From positions 1-64,000 of the IMG/VR virus record IMGVR_UViG_3300035633_000651: 64,000 nt of DNA; one strand, 5' to 3'. Positions 11,730-21,263 of this stretch are shown piece after piece. The notes beneath the pieces are model-generated. The model had not been told where the DNA came from and did not search any database. It saw only the letters and a program-made list of their open reading frames with translations. The first letter of the stretch is position 1. Each line of letters starts with the position of its first letter. The position numbers were made by a program, and so were the translations under genes. The stretch is from a virus.

Positions 11730-12602
11730 CCCATGGAAAACTGGACCATTGTCCGCTGCGGAGAGCAGTGGCTCATCGGCATCAAAGGCGCGTCCTCGGA
11801 CGAGGACCTCGGGTACTTCAACCTGACCGACGTCTGGGGCATCTGGCACCAAGTCGGCGTGCAGCCCGGCCCGCAAGGACCTGGCTCCTTCAACATCATG
11901 CAGACCCCCGCGCTGGTCATTCCCCTGCTGAACTCGGGGAAGGGGGTCGAGTCGATGTGGGTCCGCCCCACCATCGAGTTCACGCCCGACGAGGCTGACC
12001 AAAAACAGTGGCGGGAGGGCATCGAGAACGCGCGGCGGGCGACCATCGAGCAGCGGACAGGTCTGAAGCTGGCCTCGTCCATGCCTCCGGGGAAGTCATG
12101 ACCCGGGTCCTGACGCTCTCAGACCCGCTGTACTGCTTCGCGGCCGACTCTGCACCAGGAGAGGTGCTGCCTTCGACCATCCGCTCAGGCCACCGTCCAG
12201 TGCCTCTGAACGGCGTTTTCGAGTGCTGCCACGTCGACACGAAGGACAACCCAAACGGGGTCTGGGTGAAGGTCTGGAACGTGTACCACACGACGATCGA
12301 CCAGCTGACGGACATCATGGCCCAGGACATCGGCTACGAGGACCTGGCAGACCTCTACGGGGACCTAGGCGTCTCCAAGGACGAGCCTGTCACCGTCCTC
12401 GGGCTGGAGCGAGCGGCGGCGCTGCCCCTGACTCACACGACCGGCCAGGAGCCCACGCCCCCGAGTATGCGCGCTCTCGAAGGCGAAGTGCATCCGGCCG
12501 ACCGAATGCCCTGACAGAAATTACACCGAACTGTGTAATTTCTGTCCCCGTGAAGGGCAATCCTATCTGAAATTGGCCTAGCGGCTGCGCTACCCTCGTG
12601 AT

Positions 12603-13361
12603 ATGCGCGTCTTGGCCGCCTCCGTTCTCCTCCTCGCAGGTTGTCAGGACGAGACTATCCTGGTCCCCTACACCCCTCCGGACCTTGGCCCTCTTCCGGA
12701 CGCCGGCCCGCCCGACCTTGGCCCGCCTTCGGACGCCTGTGAGCAGGCAGGGCGTGACGGCTTCTGCTACCCCCATCCTGAGGAGACCGCTGGAATCGGT
12801 ATCTGCAACCCTGGAGTCTACCGCGACTTCGCCGGGCAGTGCGTGTGCACGGCTCAGGGGCCGGCGCAGGAAGTCTGCGACGGGGTCGATAACGACTGCG
12901 ATGGAGAGCGTGACGAGGGCTTCGTACGGACGCAGTGCCTCGACGTCCTGCTCATGATCGACGTCTCCTGCTCGATGGACACCAGCGGTCACCTGGAGCG
13001 AGTCCGAGACGAGATCGACGACTGGCTGACCAGTGGTGCGGTCGGGCTCGACGACAACGTCGTCGCCCGTGATCTACACCGAGAGGAGCACGCTTGGCGT
13101 TGGATCATGCAGGAGGTGCCCCTCGTCCCGTGGCGCCTCGCCTGTGCGCGCTGGGCAGTGCTCTTCATCGACGAGACCCAAGAGGGGCAGCGGAACCAGA
13201 CCGAGACGCCGGCCGAGGCCTTCCAGGTCCTGCTCGACCACGACGTGGACCTACTGACCTACGCCATCGACCAGGCCGAATACTCTGTGATCGGCGACAC
13301 GCGGAGCCTCCGGGACCTCGACCTGCACCGCGACGTCGTGGGGCGCTGCGTTAGCCGATGA
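12603..13361 (+). CDS. Lipoprotein with Cys/Asp-rich metal-binding repeat and vWA-like domain
   Basis: Lipobox LLLAGC; EVCDGVDNDCDGERDEG; MIDAS-like DVSCS. Confidence 0.7.
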   Translation: MRVLAASVLLLAGCQDETILVPYTPPDLGPLPDAGPPDLGPPSDACEQAGRDGFCYPHPEETAGIGICNPGVYRDFAGQCVCTAQGPAQEVCDGVDNDCDGERDEGFVRTQCLDVLLMIDVSCSMDTSGHLERVRDEIDDWLTSGAVGLDDNVVARDLHREEHAWRWIMQEVPLVPWRLACARWAVLFIDETQEGQRNQTETPAEAFQVLLDHDVDLLTYAIDQAEYSVIGDTRSLRDLDLHRDVVGRCVSR

Positions 13362-13743
13362 GGTAGTACCAGCGTCCGCCATCGCCCGGACCCAAGGCCG
13401 CGCTGACAGACCCCTCTCGCTGGGCAGCCTCGTACGCCTCGGGCGTTTCGAACATCTCCATCTCGCGGAGGTCGCCAGACACGAACTGCAGAAGGAGCGC
13501 GTTGACCTCCTTGTCCGACATGGCGTCGACTTCCTTCTGGTCCCAAGCGCCCCAGTCCAGAAGCCACCGCCGGACGTACTCCAGCTCTTCGTCCTTCGTG
13601 ACGAGCGGGTGGTCGTTGGCCTCGGCCAGGGCGTTTTCCCAGGTGAATTTCGCAGCGTTCTGCCCTGACTCGGCGACGCTGGACGAATAGTCCATCAAGT
13701 CGTGGTCGTCCCCCAGATACCGCGTGACGTCGATCTCCAGCAT
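13351..13743 (-). CDS. Hypothetical acidic protein, leaderless
   Basis: Preceded by the palindromic promoter motif on the minus strand. Confidence 0.7.
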   Translation of the reverse strand: MLEIDVTRYLGDDHDLMDYSSSVAESGQNAAKFTWENALAEANDHPLVTKDEELEYVRRWLLDWGAWDQKEVDAMSDKEVNALLLQFVSGDLREMEMFETPEAYEAAQREGSVSAALGPGDGGRWYYLIG

Positions 13744-13749
13744 GCCCTC

Positions 13750-13778
13750 AGGCTACTACAAGGCCCGGCGCCTGTCAG
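13750..13778 (-). promoter_or_regulatory. Palindromic leaderless promoter
   Basis: CTGACA-GGCG-CCGG-GCCT-TGTAG-TAGCCT-N6-ATG. Confidence 0.65.
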
Positions 13779-13826
13779 TCAACTTCCCACTTGCGCTTTC
13801 GCGGAACGTCGGTCAAGGTAGCCCGC

Positions 13827-14568
13827 ATGACCCTGCGAGTCCAACTCCGGGCCGCCGAGGGCGGCGCCGACGCACGCGACCTTGTCCGTCTCCAGGCGGA
13901 CATCTACCGGAAGTACTGCGAGCGGAGGGGGCTTTGAGTGGGTTGAAGACCCAGCTTCGAGTCAACGGGATACCGACCGGTGCCGTGAGTATCTGGTCCT
14001 CGGGGACCCGGCTCGCGCCGAATCCGCTTTCGCCAACGAAGCCGGAGGGCACCGTTTTCAGCGCGTTCCGCCTTCTGAAAAACGTGGCCGAGTCCACACG
14101 TCCACGATCACCATTGCCGTCCTGGCAGGTGGAGGTCACAGTCGACGAGGACGACCCGACGCGGTACCACTTCAAAATAAAGAACCAAGGAACCTTGCAG
14201 CGACACAAGAGCAGCTGAAGCTAGAACGCTACAAAGGTGGCAAGGGCGGGCAGCACCAGAACAAGCACGCCAACAACGTCCGGCTCACCCACACGCCGAC
14301 CGGCACCACCGTCCAGGTCGAGGGTCGGTACTTCCACAAGAACCGCGACAAGGCCTACAAGCTCATGGAGGACAAGCTCGCAGCGGCCCAAGCCGCCCGC
14401 GCGCAGGCAGCAGAGGCGGCGGTCGTCGCGGACCAGGTGGGCTCAGGCATGCGCGGCGACAAGGTTATGACGGCGGCACTGCAACGTGACACTGTAGTGC
14501 ATCATGTCACCGGTAAGACGACGACCGCGAAGCGCTACCTCCGCGGCTACGTCGACGATCTTCATTGA
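13827..14568 (+). CDS. Class I peptide chain release factor homolog (no domain 1), expressed via +1 frameshift, about 246 aa
   Basis: Frame 0 MTLRVQLRAAEGG...YRKYCERRGL-TGA; +1 frame has EAGGHRFQRVPPSEKRGRVHTS and GGQ. Confidence 0.9.
13924..13938 (+). promoter_or_regulatory. prfB-type +1 programmed frameshift site
   Basis: GGAGG-GGG-CTT-TGA-G: internal SD 3 nt before CTT TGA. Confidence 0.85.
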
Positions 14569-14704
14569 TTGGCTCGACGGCATCTTGTGTTCGTGAAGGT
14601 GTTTCGGAGCACTCCTCACGACAAGCGTCGCACGATCGCTCTACAGCGAGACTCGGCCGTAGACCACATTGACAACTGGTCGACCACCGCGAAATGCTAC
14701 CTGC

Positions 14705-15715
14705 GTGGCGACTGGTAAGCTCCTCACGCGCGAACAGTTTCGGGAGGCGGTCTTCGCGCGGGACAAGCGTCGCTGCCTAGTCTGCGGGGAGCGCGCACTC
14801 GACGCTCACCACATCTTGGAGCGCAGGCTCTGGCCAGACGGAGGCTACTACCTCGACAACGGCGCCTCGGTCTGCGGCATTCACCACCTCGAAGCCGAGC
14901 GCACCACCATCTCATGTGAGTTCCTCCGAGAGCGCGCAGGTATCGAGCGCGTCGTGCTTCCGCCCCACTTCTACCCGGACACCCGCTACGACAAGTGGGG
15001 CAACCCGTTCGTCGAAGGAACCGAGCGTCGGTACAAAGGCGAACTGTACTACGACGCGTCGGTGCAGAAGATTCTCGACCCAGGCGCAGGCTTCGTTGAT
15101 TACGTGAAGTACCCGCGCACCTATCATCTGCCCACGTCGCCCGGCCTCAACGCTGACGACCGACGCATGGAGCATCTCGACCACCTCCTTGGCCACGAAG
15201 TCGTCGTCACCGAGAAGATGGACGGCGAGAACTGCAGCATGTACCGCGACCACATCCACGCGCGCTCGCTCGACTCGCGAGGCAGCGTGGACCGCGACTG
15301 GGTCAAGAACCTCTGGTCCGGCATCCGCCACGAGATCCCGGACCGCTACCGCATCTGCGGCGAGAACCTCTGGGCAAAGCACACCGTCGCCTACGACGAC
15401 CTGCCGAGCTACTTCCTGATGTTCAGCCTCTGGGACCAGAACACCTGCATGTCCTGGGATGATACCGAGCTGTGGGCTGGCCTGTTGGGTCTGCATCTGG
15501 TGTCGGTGTGCTACCGCGGCGTGTTCGAGGGGCAATCCTTCGAGGACCACCTGCCTCCAGGCGCCGAGGGCTACATCGTGCGCCGGGCTGACGCCTTCTC
15601 GTTGGCCCAGTTCCGCACGCATGTGGGCAAGTGGGTCCGGGCGGGCTTCGTGCCCGAGCACGGGCGTCACTGGCGCCGCGGCCCCTACGAACAGAACGGC
15701 CTTCGAAAAAATTGA
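14705..15715 (+). CDS. HNH domain fused to RNA ligase-family nucleotidyltransferase
   Basis: VFARD..CxxC..AHHI..NG..C..HH; KYPRTYHLP, TEKMDGEN, ICGEN, EGYIVR. Confidence 0.85.
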   Translation: MATGKLLTREQFREAVFARDKRRCLVCGERALDAHHILERRLWPDGGYYLDNGASVCGIHHLEAERTTISCEFLRERAGIERVVLPPHFYPDTRYDKWGNPFVEGTERRYKGELYYDASVQKILDPGAGFVDYVKYPRTYHLPTSPGLNADDRRMEHLDHLLGHEVVVTEKMDGENCSMYRDHIHARSLDSRGSVDRDWVKNLWSGIRHEIPDRYRICGENLWAKHTVAYDDLPSYFLMFSLWDQNTCMSWDDTELWAGLLGLHLVSVCYRGVFEGQSFEDHLPPGAEGYIVRRADAFSLAQFRTHVGKWVRAGFVPEHGRHWRRGPYEQNGLRKN

Positions 15716-15959
15716 CCTGAGGGGCTTGACAGCCTCGTTAGGCGCGCCTAGGCTTCACAGCACGATGTTCGTTCGATCAGCCAGCTTGCGCCTACGCGGC
15801 GTTGACACCGAAACGGTGTCTGGGCACAGCAAATCGCTCCTGTCCAAAGCGGGTCCGGACCAGGTCATCTGTGACAAGAATCCGTATCAGGTGCAGCCCC
15901 TTTGGAAGAGCAAGGAGCTGGTCTGAGGTAGCACCACGAATACAAGTGGAGAGCTGCTG

Positions 15960-15992
15960 AAGGCCGGGTCGACGAGAGTCCACCCGGCCTTT
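15960..15992 (+). terminator. Hairpin, possible intrinsic terminator
   Basis: aaggccggg...cccggccttt. Confidence 0.4.
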
Positions 15993-16001
15993 GTCGTTTC
16001 C

Positions 16002-16073
16002 GGAGCGTTAGTGTTAACGGTAGCACGCTGAGCTGTAACCTCACAGGTGGTGGTTCGAATCCATCACGCTCCA
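16002..16073 (+). tRNA. tRNA-Tyr(GTA), short variable loop
   Basis: GGAGCGT/ACGCTCC acceptor; loop CTGTAAC; TTCGAAT. Confidence 0.85.
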
Positions 16074-16202
16074 TACGCCGCGTTTGGTGGCGGAGCCGGA
16101 AGTGGTGTTGGCAACACGTTGCCAACGAGGTGGCCGGTCTTTGACAATCGAATACGATAAGCCAAACGCGGCCAGGCGTCGAGACGACGCTTGTGCCGCT
16201 CT

Positions 16203-16278
16203 AGGGTGAGCGCTCAGGCCGAGGGACGGCCACCGGATTCCAAACCCGGCGCAAGGGGTTCAACTCCTCCTCACCCTG
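16203..16278 (+). tRNA. tRNA-Trp(CCA)
   Basis: AGGGTGA/TCACCCT; loop TTCCAAA; atypical D arm. Confidence 0.75.
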
Positions 16279-16750
16279 TCTTGGCGCGCTTGCGGAGCTT
16301 CCTCTTCGCCATGTCCTGCTTCAGACGGGACAACCGGTCGATGAAGAGGACCCCTTCCAGGTGGTCGATCTCGTGCTGCAGGCAGACGCCGAGCAGCCCT
16401 TCGGCTTCCAGACGAAGCGGACGACCGTCCCGGTCGAGCCCGGTCACCACGACCTGTGCAGCGCGCATGACCTTGGCCTGGTAGCCCGGCACGGACAGGC
16501 AGCCTTCGAGCGACTCGATGGCGCCAAGCGCCTCCTCGATGACCGGGTTCACGACCGCCACGGGGTCCGCTCCGGTCACGTCTGCAACGATGACCCTGTC
16601 CAGCACGCCAACCTGCGGAGCGGCCAGGCCGACGCCATGACCGGCGTACATCGCTTCGAACATGTCGTCGATGAGCTGAGCATTGACGGTCTCGACTGCG
16701 GTCGAGGTTTCGGACAACACGGGATTCGGGTAGGTGAGGATCTCGCGCAT
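16271..16750 (-). CDS. def: Peptide deformylase
   Basis: GVGLAAPQVG, EGCLS, QHEIDHLEG. Confidence 0.97.
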   Translation of the reverse strand: MREILTYPNPVLSETSTAVETVNAQLIDDMFEAMYAGHGVGLAAPQVGVLDRVIVADVTGADPVAVVNPVIEEALGAIESLEGCLSVPGYQAKVMRAAQVVVTGLDRDGRPLRLEAEGLLGVCLQHEIDHLEGVLFIDRLSRLKQDMAKRKLRKRAKTG

Positions 16751-16764
16751 CTCAGCACCATAAC

Positions 16765-16838
16765 GGGTTCGTAGCTAAATGGCGACAGCAGCTGGCTCTT
16801 AACCAGAAGATATGGAGGTTCGAGTCCTCCCGGACCCA
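16765..16838 (+). tRNA. tRNA-Lys(CTT)
   Basis: Cloverleaf; loop CTCTTAA. Confidence 0.9.
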
Positions 16839-16840
16839 AC

Positions 16841-16912
16841 GCGAAGTTGGTGCAACAGGTAGCATCTCAGGTTTCCACCCTGAAGACGTCGGTTCGAACC
16901 CGTCACTTCGCT
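16841..16912 (+). tRNA. tRNA-Gly(TCC)
   Basis: Cloverleaf; loop TTTCCAC. Confidence 0.9.
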
Positions 16913-17120
16913 CTTGACACGCACCGGCACACAAAACAGCATGTGGGCATGGCCCCAGAAACACGCTTCGCCATCTGCTCCAAAGACGGTCTGCACTTCG
17001 TCGTCGAGAATGTGGGGAGCGGGGAGTTCGACTTCCGTTCGGACCACATCCCAGACAACGAGCCCACGCCTGACATCAACACGGCGTGCGCTCGGTGCCG
17101 CCAGCTGATCGAGGCCGCAC

Positions 17121-17429
17121 GTGGCACGCACTAAGATCCTCGGCACGGACGCCGAGATGAAAGAAGTGCGTCGGCGGTACGAAGCGGGCGCAACTGTTCG
17201 TGAGGTCGCAGACGGGTTAGGCGTTTCCGTCACGCCAGTGCGAAGAGCGTTGCAACAAGCTGGAGCGAAGATACGCAAGCGCGGACGGCGCTCAGGCCCG
17301 GTCGATCCGGCCCGTGTGAAGACCTTTCAAGGTCTCCGAAACCGCGGCTGGACCTTCAACGAGATCGCCGAAGAGTACGGCCTTTCGCGGCAGGCTGTGC
17401 AGCAGTATTTGGCACAGCACGTGCAGTAG
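17121..17429 (+). CDS. Double HTH DNA-binding protein
   Basis: GATVREVADGLGVS and GWTFNEIAEEYGLSRQAV. Confidence 0.75.
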   Translation: MARTKILGTDAEMKEVRRRYEAGATVREVADGLGVSVTPVRRALQQAGAKIRKRGRRSGPVDPARVKTFQGLRNRGWTFNEIAEEYGLSRQAVQQYLAQHVQ

Positions 17430-17532
17430 CCTGCTGCATGTCAAGCAGCGGCCTTGCCAAGACCATGCGCGAGCAACGCGCGGCAGTCCTTGGCCAAGAA
17501 CGACAGCACGCCGAGCCTCTCCGAGGTGAAGC

Positions 17533-18099
17533 GTGAGGCGCCTTGTCATCGTCGAGTCCCCGTTCTCGGCCGACACGCCCGAGCTGTTCGCTCGGAACCT
17601 CCAGTACCTGAAGGCGTGCGTCCTGGACTGCCTCCAGCGAGGTGAGTCGCCCTACGCGAGCCACGGCTTCTTCCCGAACTTCCTGCACGACGCCAACGCG
17701 GAGGAGCGAGAGCTGGGCATGGACTGCGGCTTCGACGTCGGACACGCTTTCGCTGCGGCGGCGCGTGCGCGGCTGGAGGACAAGTGGCTGGCGGACGACG
17801 AGGCCTACGCGGAACAAAACCTGTCCACGCGTGCTGCTCAGGTCGTCTACACAGACCTCGGCATCAGCAGCGGCATGCAGCGAGGCGTCGAGGCGCTCGA
17901 CGGCATCTTGCCGCGCGAAGACCGTCAGCTCGGTGAAGACTGGGCGCGCTTGATCGAGGGCCGCGAGACCATCCAGCACATCAAGCTGGAGGAGCCTCAG
18001 GTCGACGGCGAGCTGCTCGAAGAGCTTCGCCGCACCGAGCGGCACGTCGGCAACGACGCCGCACTCGGTGCGGCCGTTCGCAAGCTCCTGAACACGTGA
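17533..18099 (+). CDS. Hypothetical phage protein
   Basis: VIVESPF...GESPYASH...DLGISSGM. Confidence 0.6.
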   Translation: MRRLVIVESPFSADTPELFARNLQYLKACVLDCLQRGESPYASHGFFPNFLHDANAEERELGMDCGFDVGHAFAAAARARLEDKWLADDEAYAEQNLSTRAAQVVYTDLGISSGMQRGVEALDGILPREDRQLGEDWARLIEGRETIQHIKLEEPQVDGELLEELRRTERHVGNDAALGAAVRKLLNT

Positions 18100-18128
18100 A
18101 CCTGTCGGCCTAGGCTGGGCCGACCACT

Positions 18129-18200
18129 GGGACTGTAGCTCTGTGGAGAGCAGCGGGCTTTTAACCCGAACGGAGATGGGTTCGACTCCCTCCGGTCCCA
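18129..18200 (+). tRNA. tRNA-Lys(TTT)
   Basis: Loop CTTTTAA; cloverleaf. Confidence 0.85.
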
Positions 18201-18202
18201 TT

Positions 18203-18286
18203 GGATGGTGCCAGCGGATAGGTCCGCGACCGGTGTCGAATACCGGGGGACGCCGAGAGGCGGGGGTTCGAATCCTACACCATCCG
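18203..18286 (+). tRNA. tRNA-Ser(CGA)
   Basis: Loop GTCGAAT; long variable arm. Confidence 0.8.
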
Positions 18287-18289
18287 AGC

Positions 18290-18363
18290 TGGGGCGTAGC
18301 TCAACAGGTAGCAGCGCCGGGCTTTGAACCCGGAGGTTGAGGGTTCGAGCCCCTCCGCCCCAT
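18290..18363 (+). tRNA. tRNA-Gln(TTG)
   Basis: Loop CTTTGAA. Confidence 0.9.
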
Positions 18364-18397
18364 CAGTCCTCGTCTTCGTGCATTTCCACCGATCCAC

Positions 18398-18469
18398 AGA
18401 GGTGTAGCACAACGGTGGTGCTCCCGGCTCTGAACCGGGCGGTTGCAGGTTCGAATCCTGCCACCTCTT
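18398..18469 (+). tRNA. tRNA-Gln(CTG)
   Basis: Loop CTCTGAA. Confidence 0.9.
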
Positions 18470-18513
18470 AGCTTGACTCCGTCCTGCGCGTCGGCGTTGA
18501 TGCGACTCGTCCT

Positions 18514-18585
18514 GCCGGCTTCAGCTAGCGGCTAAGCTGCGTGCCTTGTAAGCACGTCACGCCGGTTCGAGTCCGGCAGTCGGCT
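18514..18585 (+). tRNA. tRNA-Thr(TGT)
   Basis: Loop CTTGTAA. Confidence 0.85.
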
Positions 18586-18872
18586 GTCATGGGAAGAGAC
18601 AAGATACCCTCGGCACCAACCATCTACTCGTCGCAAGACCTCACATCTCAGGACCTGCCCACGGCAGTGGACACCGTGAAGCTGCAGGAAGACCAAGTGC
18701 TGATCACGATCAGTCGCCCGCTCACGCCACGTGGCGTGCAGCTCAACGCCGTCGCGAAGCCCAGCAAGGTGGGCGCGACCACGGCGGCGCTCATCAAGCT
18801 GGCACGCGAGCTGAAAGCCAACTCGCTCATCCAGCATTATATTGAAGATGCACTGAACACCTGACACTCCTT

Positions 18873-18945
18873 GGCCTCATCGTCTAATGGTTAGGATGAC
18901 GGATTTTCACCCCGTCGATGCTGGGTTCAATTCCCGCTGAGGCCA
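18873..18945 (+). tRNA. tRNA-Glu(TTC)
   Basis: Loop TTTTCAC. Confidence 0.85.
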
Positions 18946-18973
18946 GGGTCCTCGTCTCGACGAGGGCACCAAC

Positions 18974-19047
18974 GGCGCTGTAGTATAATGGTCTAGTACG
19001 CCGGATTCTCAATCCGGAAATCGTGAGTTCGATCCTCCGCAGCGTCA
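18974..19047 (+). tRNA. tRNA-Glu(CTC)
   Basis: Loop TTCTCAA. Confidence 0.85.
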
Positions 19048-19119
19048 TCCTCTCTAGCTATTCTGGGAAAGCAATCGGCTGTTAACCGACGAAGCAGGGT
19101 TCGATTCCCTGGGGAGGAG
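19048..19119 (+). tRNA. tRNA-Asn(GTT)
   Basis: Loop CTGTTAA. Confidence 0.9.
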
Positions 19120-19124
19120 CCAAC

Positions 19125-19197
19125 GACTCTGTGGCAGAATGGCAAATGCGCGCGGCTGCAACCCGCGTTTACGTCGGTTCGATTCCGACCGGAGTCT
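19125..19197 (+). tRNA. tRNA-Cys(GCA)
   Basis: Loop CTGCAAC. Confidence 0.9.
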
Positions 19198-19201
19198 TTC
19201 A

Positions 19202-19276
19202 CGGGATGTGGCTCAGTCTGGCTAGAGCGCTCGTCTGGGGGGCGAGAGACCGTCGGTTCGAATCCGGCCATCCCGA
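19202..19276 (+). tRNA. tRNA-Pro(GGG)
   Basis: Loop CTGGGGG. Confidence 0.9.
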
Positions 19277-19280
19277 TTTC

Positions 19281-19354
19281 ACCTCGGTAGACCAACTGGT
19301 AGAGTCAGCAGGTTGAGGGCCTGTCCAGTGTCGGTTCGAATCCGACCCGAGGTA
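19281..19354 (+). tRNA. tRNA-Leu(GAG), short variable loop
   Basis: Loop TTGAGGG. Confidence 0.85.
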
Positions 19355-19366
19355 TGCAGCATTGAC

Positions 19367-19442
19367 GTCCCTGTGGGCAATTTGGTAAAGCCGCTCGTCT
19401 CAGAAGCGAGAGATTTTGTGGGTTCGACTCCCTCCAGGGACA
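19367..19442 (+). tRNA. tRNA-Leu(CAG), short variable loop
   Basis: Loop CTCAGAA. Confidence 0.85.
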
Positions 19443-19889
19443 TGGAAACGAGACCTTGACGGTGATGCTGATGTGGTTCAAAACGCGAGCGGGCGATGAC
19501 GCCCCACCAACGTTGGCCTGCACGGCCGAAGGAACGTACCACATGCCTGCACCTGCACTGGTCCTCACCCGAGGCAACATCACCTACACCGCCGACCCCG
19601 TCGAGAAGGACGGCTTCCGCATCAACGCGAGCCTCTCCAGCCCCGCCGAGGGCGCGAACTGGGCCCTCTCGGTCTCGACGCAGCTCGTGGACGCAGCGGT
19701 CGTCGACGACAACGATGAGGCCGCTCGCTTCACCGCTTCGTCGCTGACGGTTCCCTTCAACGAGGCTCCGGACCTGGCTTCGGCCACGGCCAAGCTTCAG
19801 GCGCTCGTGGATCTGGTCTTCGACCAGTTCATCCCGGCTCAGGCGTCGATCTGACGCCCACGCGTCGCCCCGTCCTGGGGTGACGCCCT

Positions 19890-19956
19890 GCCCGCACCGA
19901 TGGACGGCAGACGCCCTGGTATGGCGTCGACGGCAGTTCGATTCTGCCTGTGGGCT
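19890..19956 (+). tRNA. tRNA-Thr(GGT), reduced D arm
   Basis: GCCCGCA/TGTGGGC; loop CTGGTAT. Confidence 0.7.
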
Positions 19957-20048
19957 GCGAGTAGCACCGCATCCTCTGGACACACGCGACGAAGGAGGCG
20001 CTGCGGGGTCAAACTGAGGCGCTCGCGAGCCTTGGGCGCTCACCCAAT

Positions 20049-20116
20049 GGAGCGTACAACAGGGTTGAGACCTGGTTGCTAGTCAGGTTGACTGAGTTCG
20101 AATCTCAGGCGCTCCG
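20049..20116 (+). tRNA. tRNA-Ser(GCT), atypical
   Basis: GGAGCGT/GCGCTCC; loop TTGCTAG; weak D arm, no long variable arm. Confidence 0.7.
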
Positions 20117-20157
20117 ACCTCTTGACATTTGCCGGGCGAGCCGCGCACGCTGTCTGT

Positions 20158-20760
20158 ATGACCGAGTACGGCACCGACGCTTGGTGGGACGAGTACCGCG
20201 AGTTCGCCTGGGAGTCTCTTCAGCGTCACCGTGACGCGTTCGAGCGGCTCATGTACATGGCGCCCTGGCATCTGTGCACCTACAACACGACCTTCGACCT
20301 AGGCGCAGGGCGTGCGGGTATCGGCTTCAATGTGGTACGGGCGAGTCATACAGTCCACTACGTCTCCTACGACGCCGACCCGAATGCCAAAGCTGACCAC
20401 TGCGTAGACTATCGGACGCTGTCTCGGCTCGAACCGCTTGACTCGCAGCCGTCCCCGATCACGATGGTGACGTCGTTCTTCTCGACCGAACTCACGGCAG
20501 GGCCGCACGCGAACCAGTCCTTCTACAGGCACCTGTTCAAGTGCAACCCCGAGCTGCAGACGATCGTCGTGGCAGGCATGTACTACGCCGACAAGGCCGA
20601 CCATCCCTCCGTGACGGAGACCGGCGGCATCGTCTCGTGGCAGTCCATCGGTCCGGTGCGCACCAACGAGACGCGTCTGCTCATCCCGGCGCCGTCGAAG
20701 ATGTTCGGCGAGACCGTCGTCGAGGTCTGGCGCCGCCTGGACCGCCCGGAGGACTTGTGA
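20158..20760 (+). CDS. Possible SAM-dependent methyltransferase-like protein
   Basis: FDLGAG motif; leaderless start after TTGACA promoter. Confidence 0.5.
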   Translation: MTEYGTDAWWDEYREFAWESLQRHRDAFERLMYMAPWHLCTYNTTFDLGAGRAGIGFNVVRASHTVHYVSYDADPNAKADHCVDYRTLSRLEPLDSQPSPITMVTSFFSTELTAGPHANQSFYRHLFKCNPELQTIVVAGMYYADKADHPSVTETGGIVSWQSIGPVRTNETRLLIPAPSKMFGETVVEVWRRLDRPEDL

Positions 20761-20951
20761 ATCCTTGGCTGATCACGTTCGGGGTTGTCTTCGGAGTGCT
20801 GAGCACGTGCGCGGTCGTCGCATATCTGGCGGTCTGGCTTGATGAGGACGGCGATTGACCTGGTTCGGCGAGTACTGGACGGACTGCGACAGTCCGCTGA
20901 ACAACGTCCGACACGGCGGACTCTGCAAGGTATGTGATCCGTGATCAATCA

Positions 20952-21024
20952 CGAGGTGAAGGCCCGGGGTGGGCCGCCTGGTTTGGGACCAGGACATCGG
21001 CAGGTTCGACTCCTGTCACCTCGA
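20952..21024 (+). tRNA. tRNA-Pro(TGG)
   Basis: Loop TTTGGGA. Confidence 0.85.
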
Positions 21025-21028
21025 TTCC

Positions 21029-21102
21029 CTGGGTGTGGTTCAATTTGGTAGAGCGCCTGGTTCGGGGCCAGGAGACTGTCGGTTCGAATCCGGCCACCCA
21101 GA
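21029..21102 (+). tRNA. tRNA-Pro(CGG)
   Basis: Loop TTCGGGG. Confidence 0.9.
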
Positions 21103-21187
21103 TTTCAGACACTTGCGCGGAGCGCGCAGGGAGGTGCGGGTAGCTCGCCTGGTGCACCGTAGGTGGGGACCAAGCCGTCTGAATTCT

Positions 21188-21263
21188 GCGCGCGTAGCCC
21201 AATTTGGTAGGAGGCAGCGGCTTCAAATCCCGTCCAGTGCCAGTTCGAATCTGGCCGTGCGCA
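21188..21263 (+). tRNA. tRNA-Leu(CAA), short variable loop
   Basis: Loop TTCAAAT; D arm and variable loop like Leu(GAG). Confidence 0.8.

Noticed and set aside
13882-14568. ORF-track start (MSVSRR...) for the release factor
   Set aside because: The RF-like N-terminus is in another frame starting at ATG 13827 and is joined by the frameshift
21188-21263. Possible UCA-anticodon (opal suppressor or Sec) tRNA
   Set aside because: Best stem register centres the loop on CAA; D arm and variable loop match the other Leu tRNAs; no tRNA-Sec arm lengths
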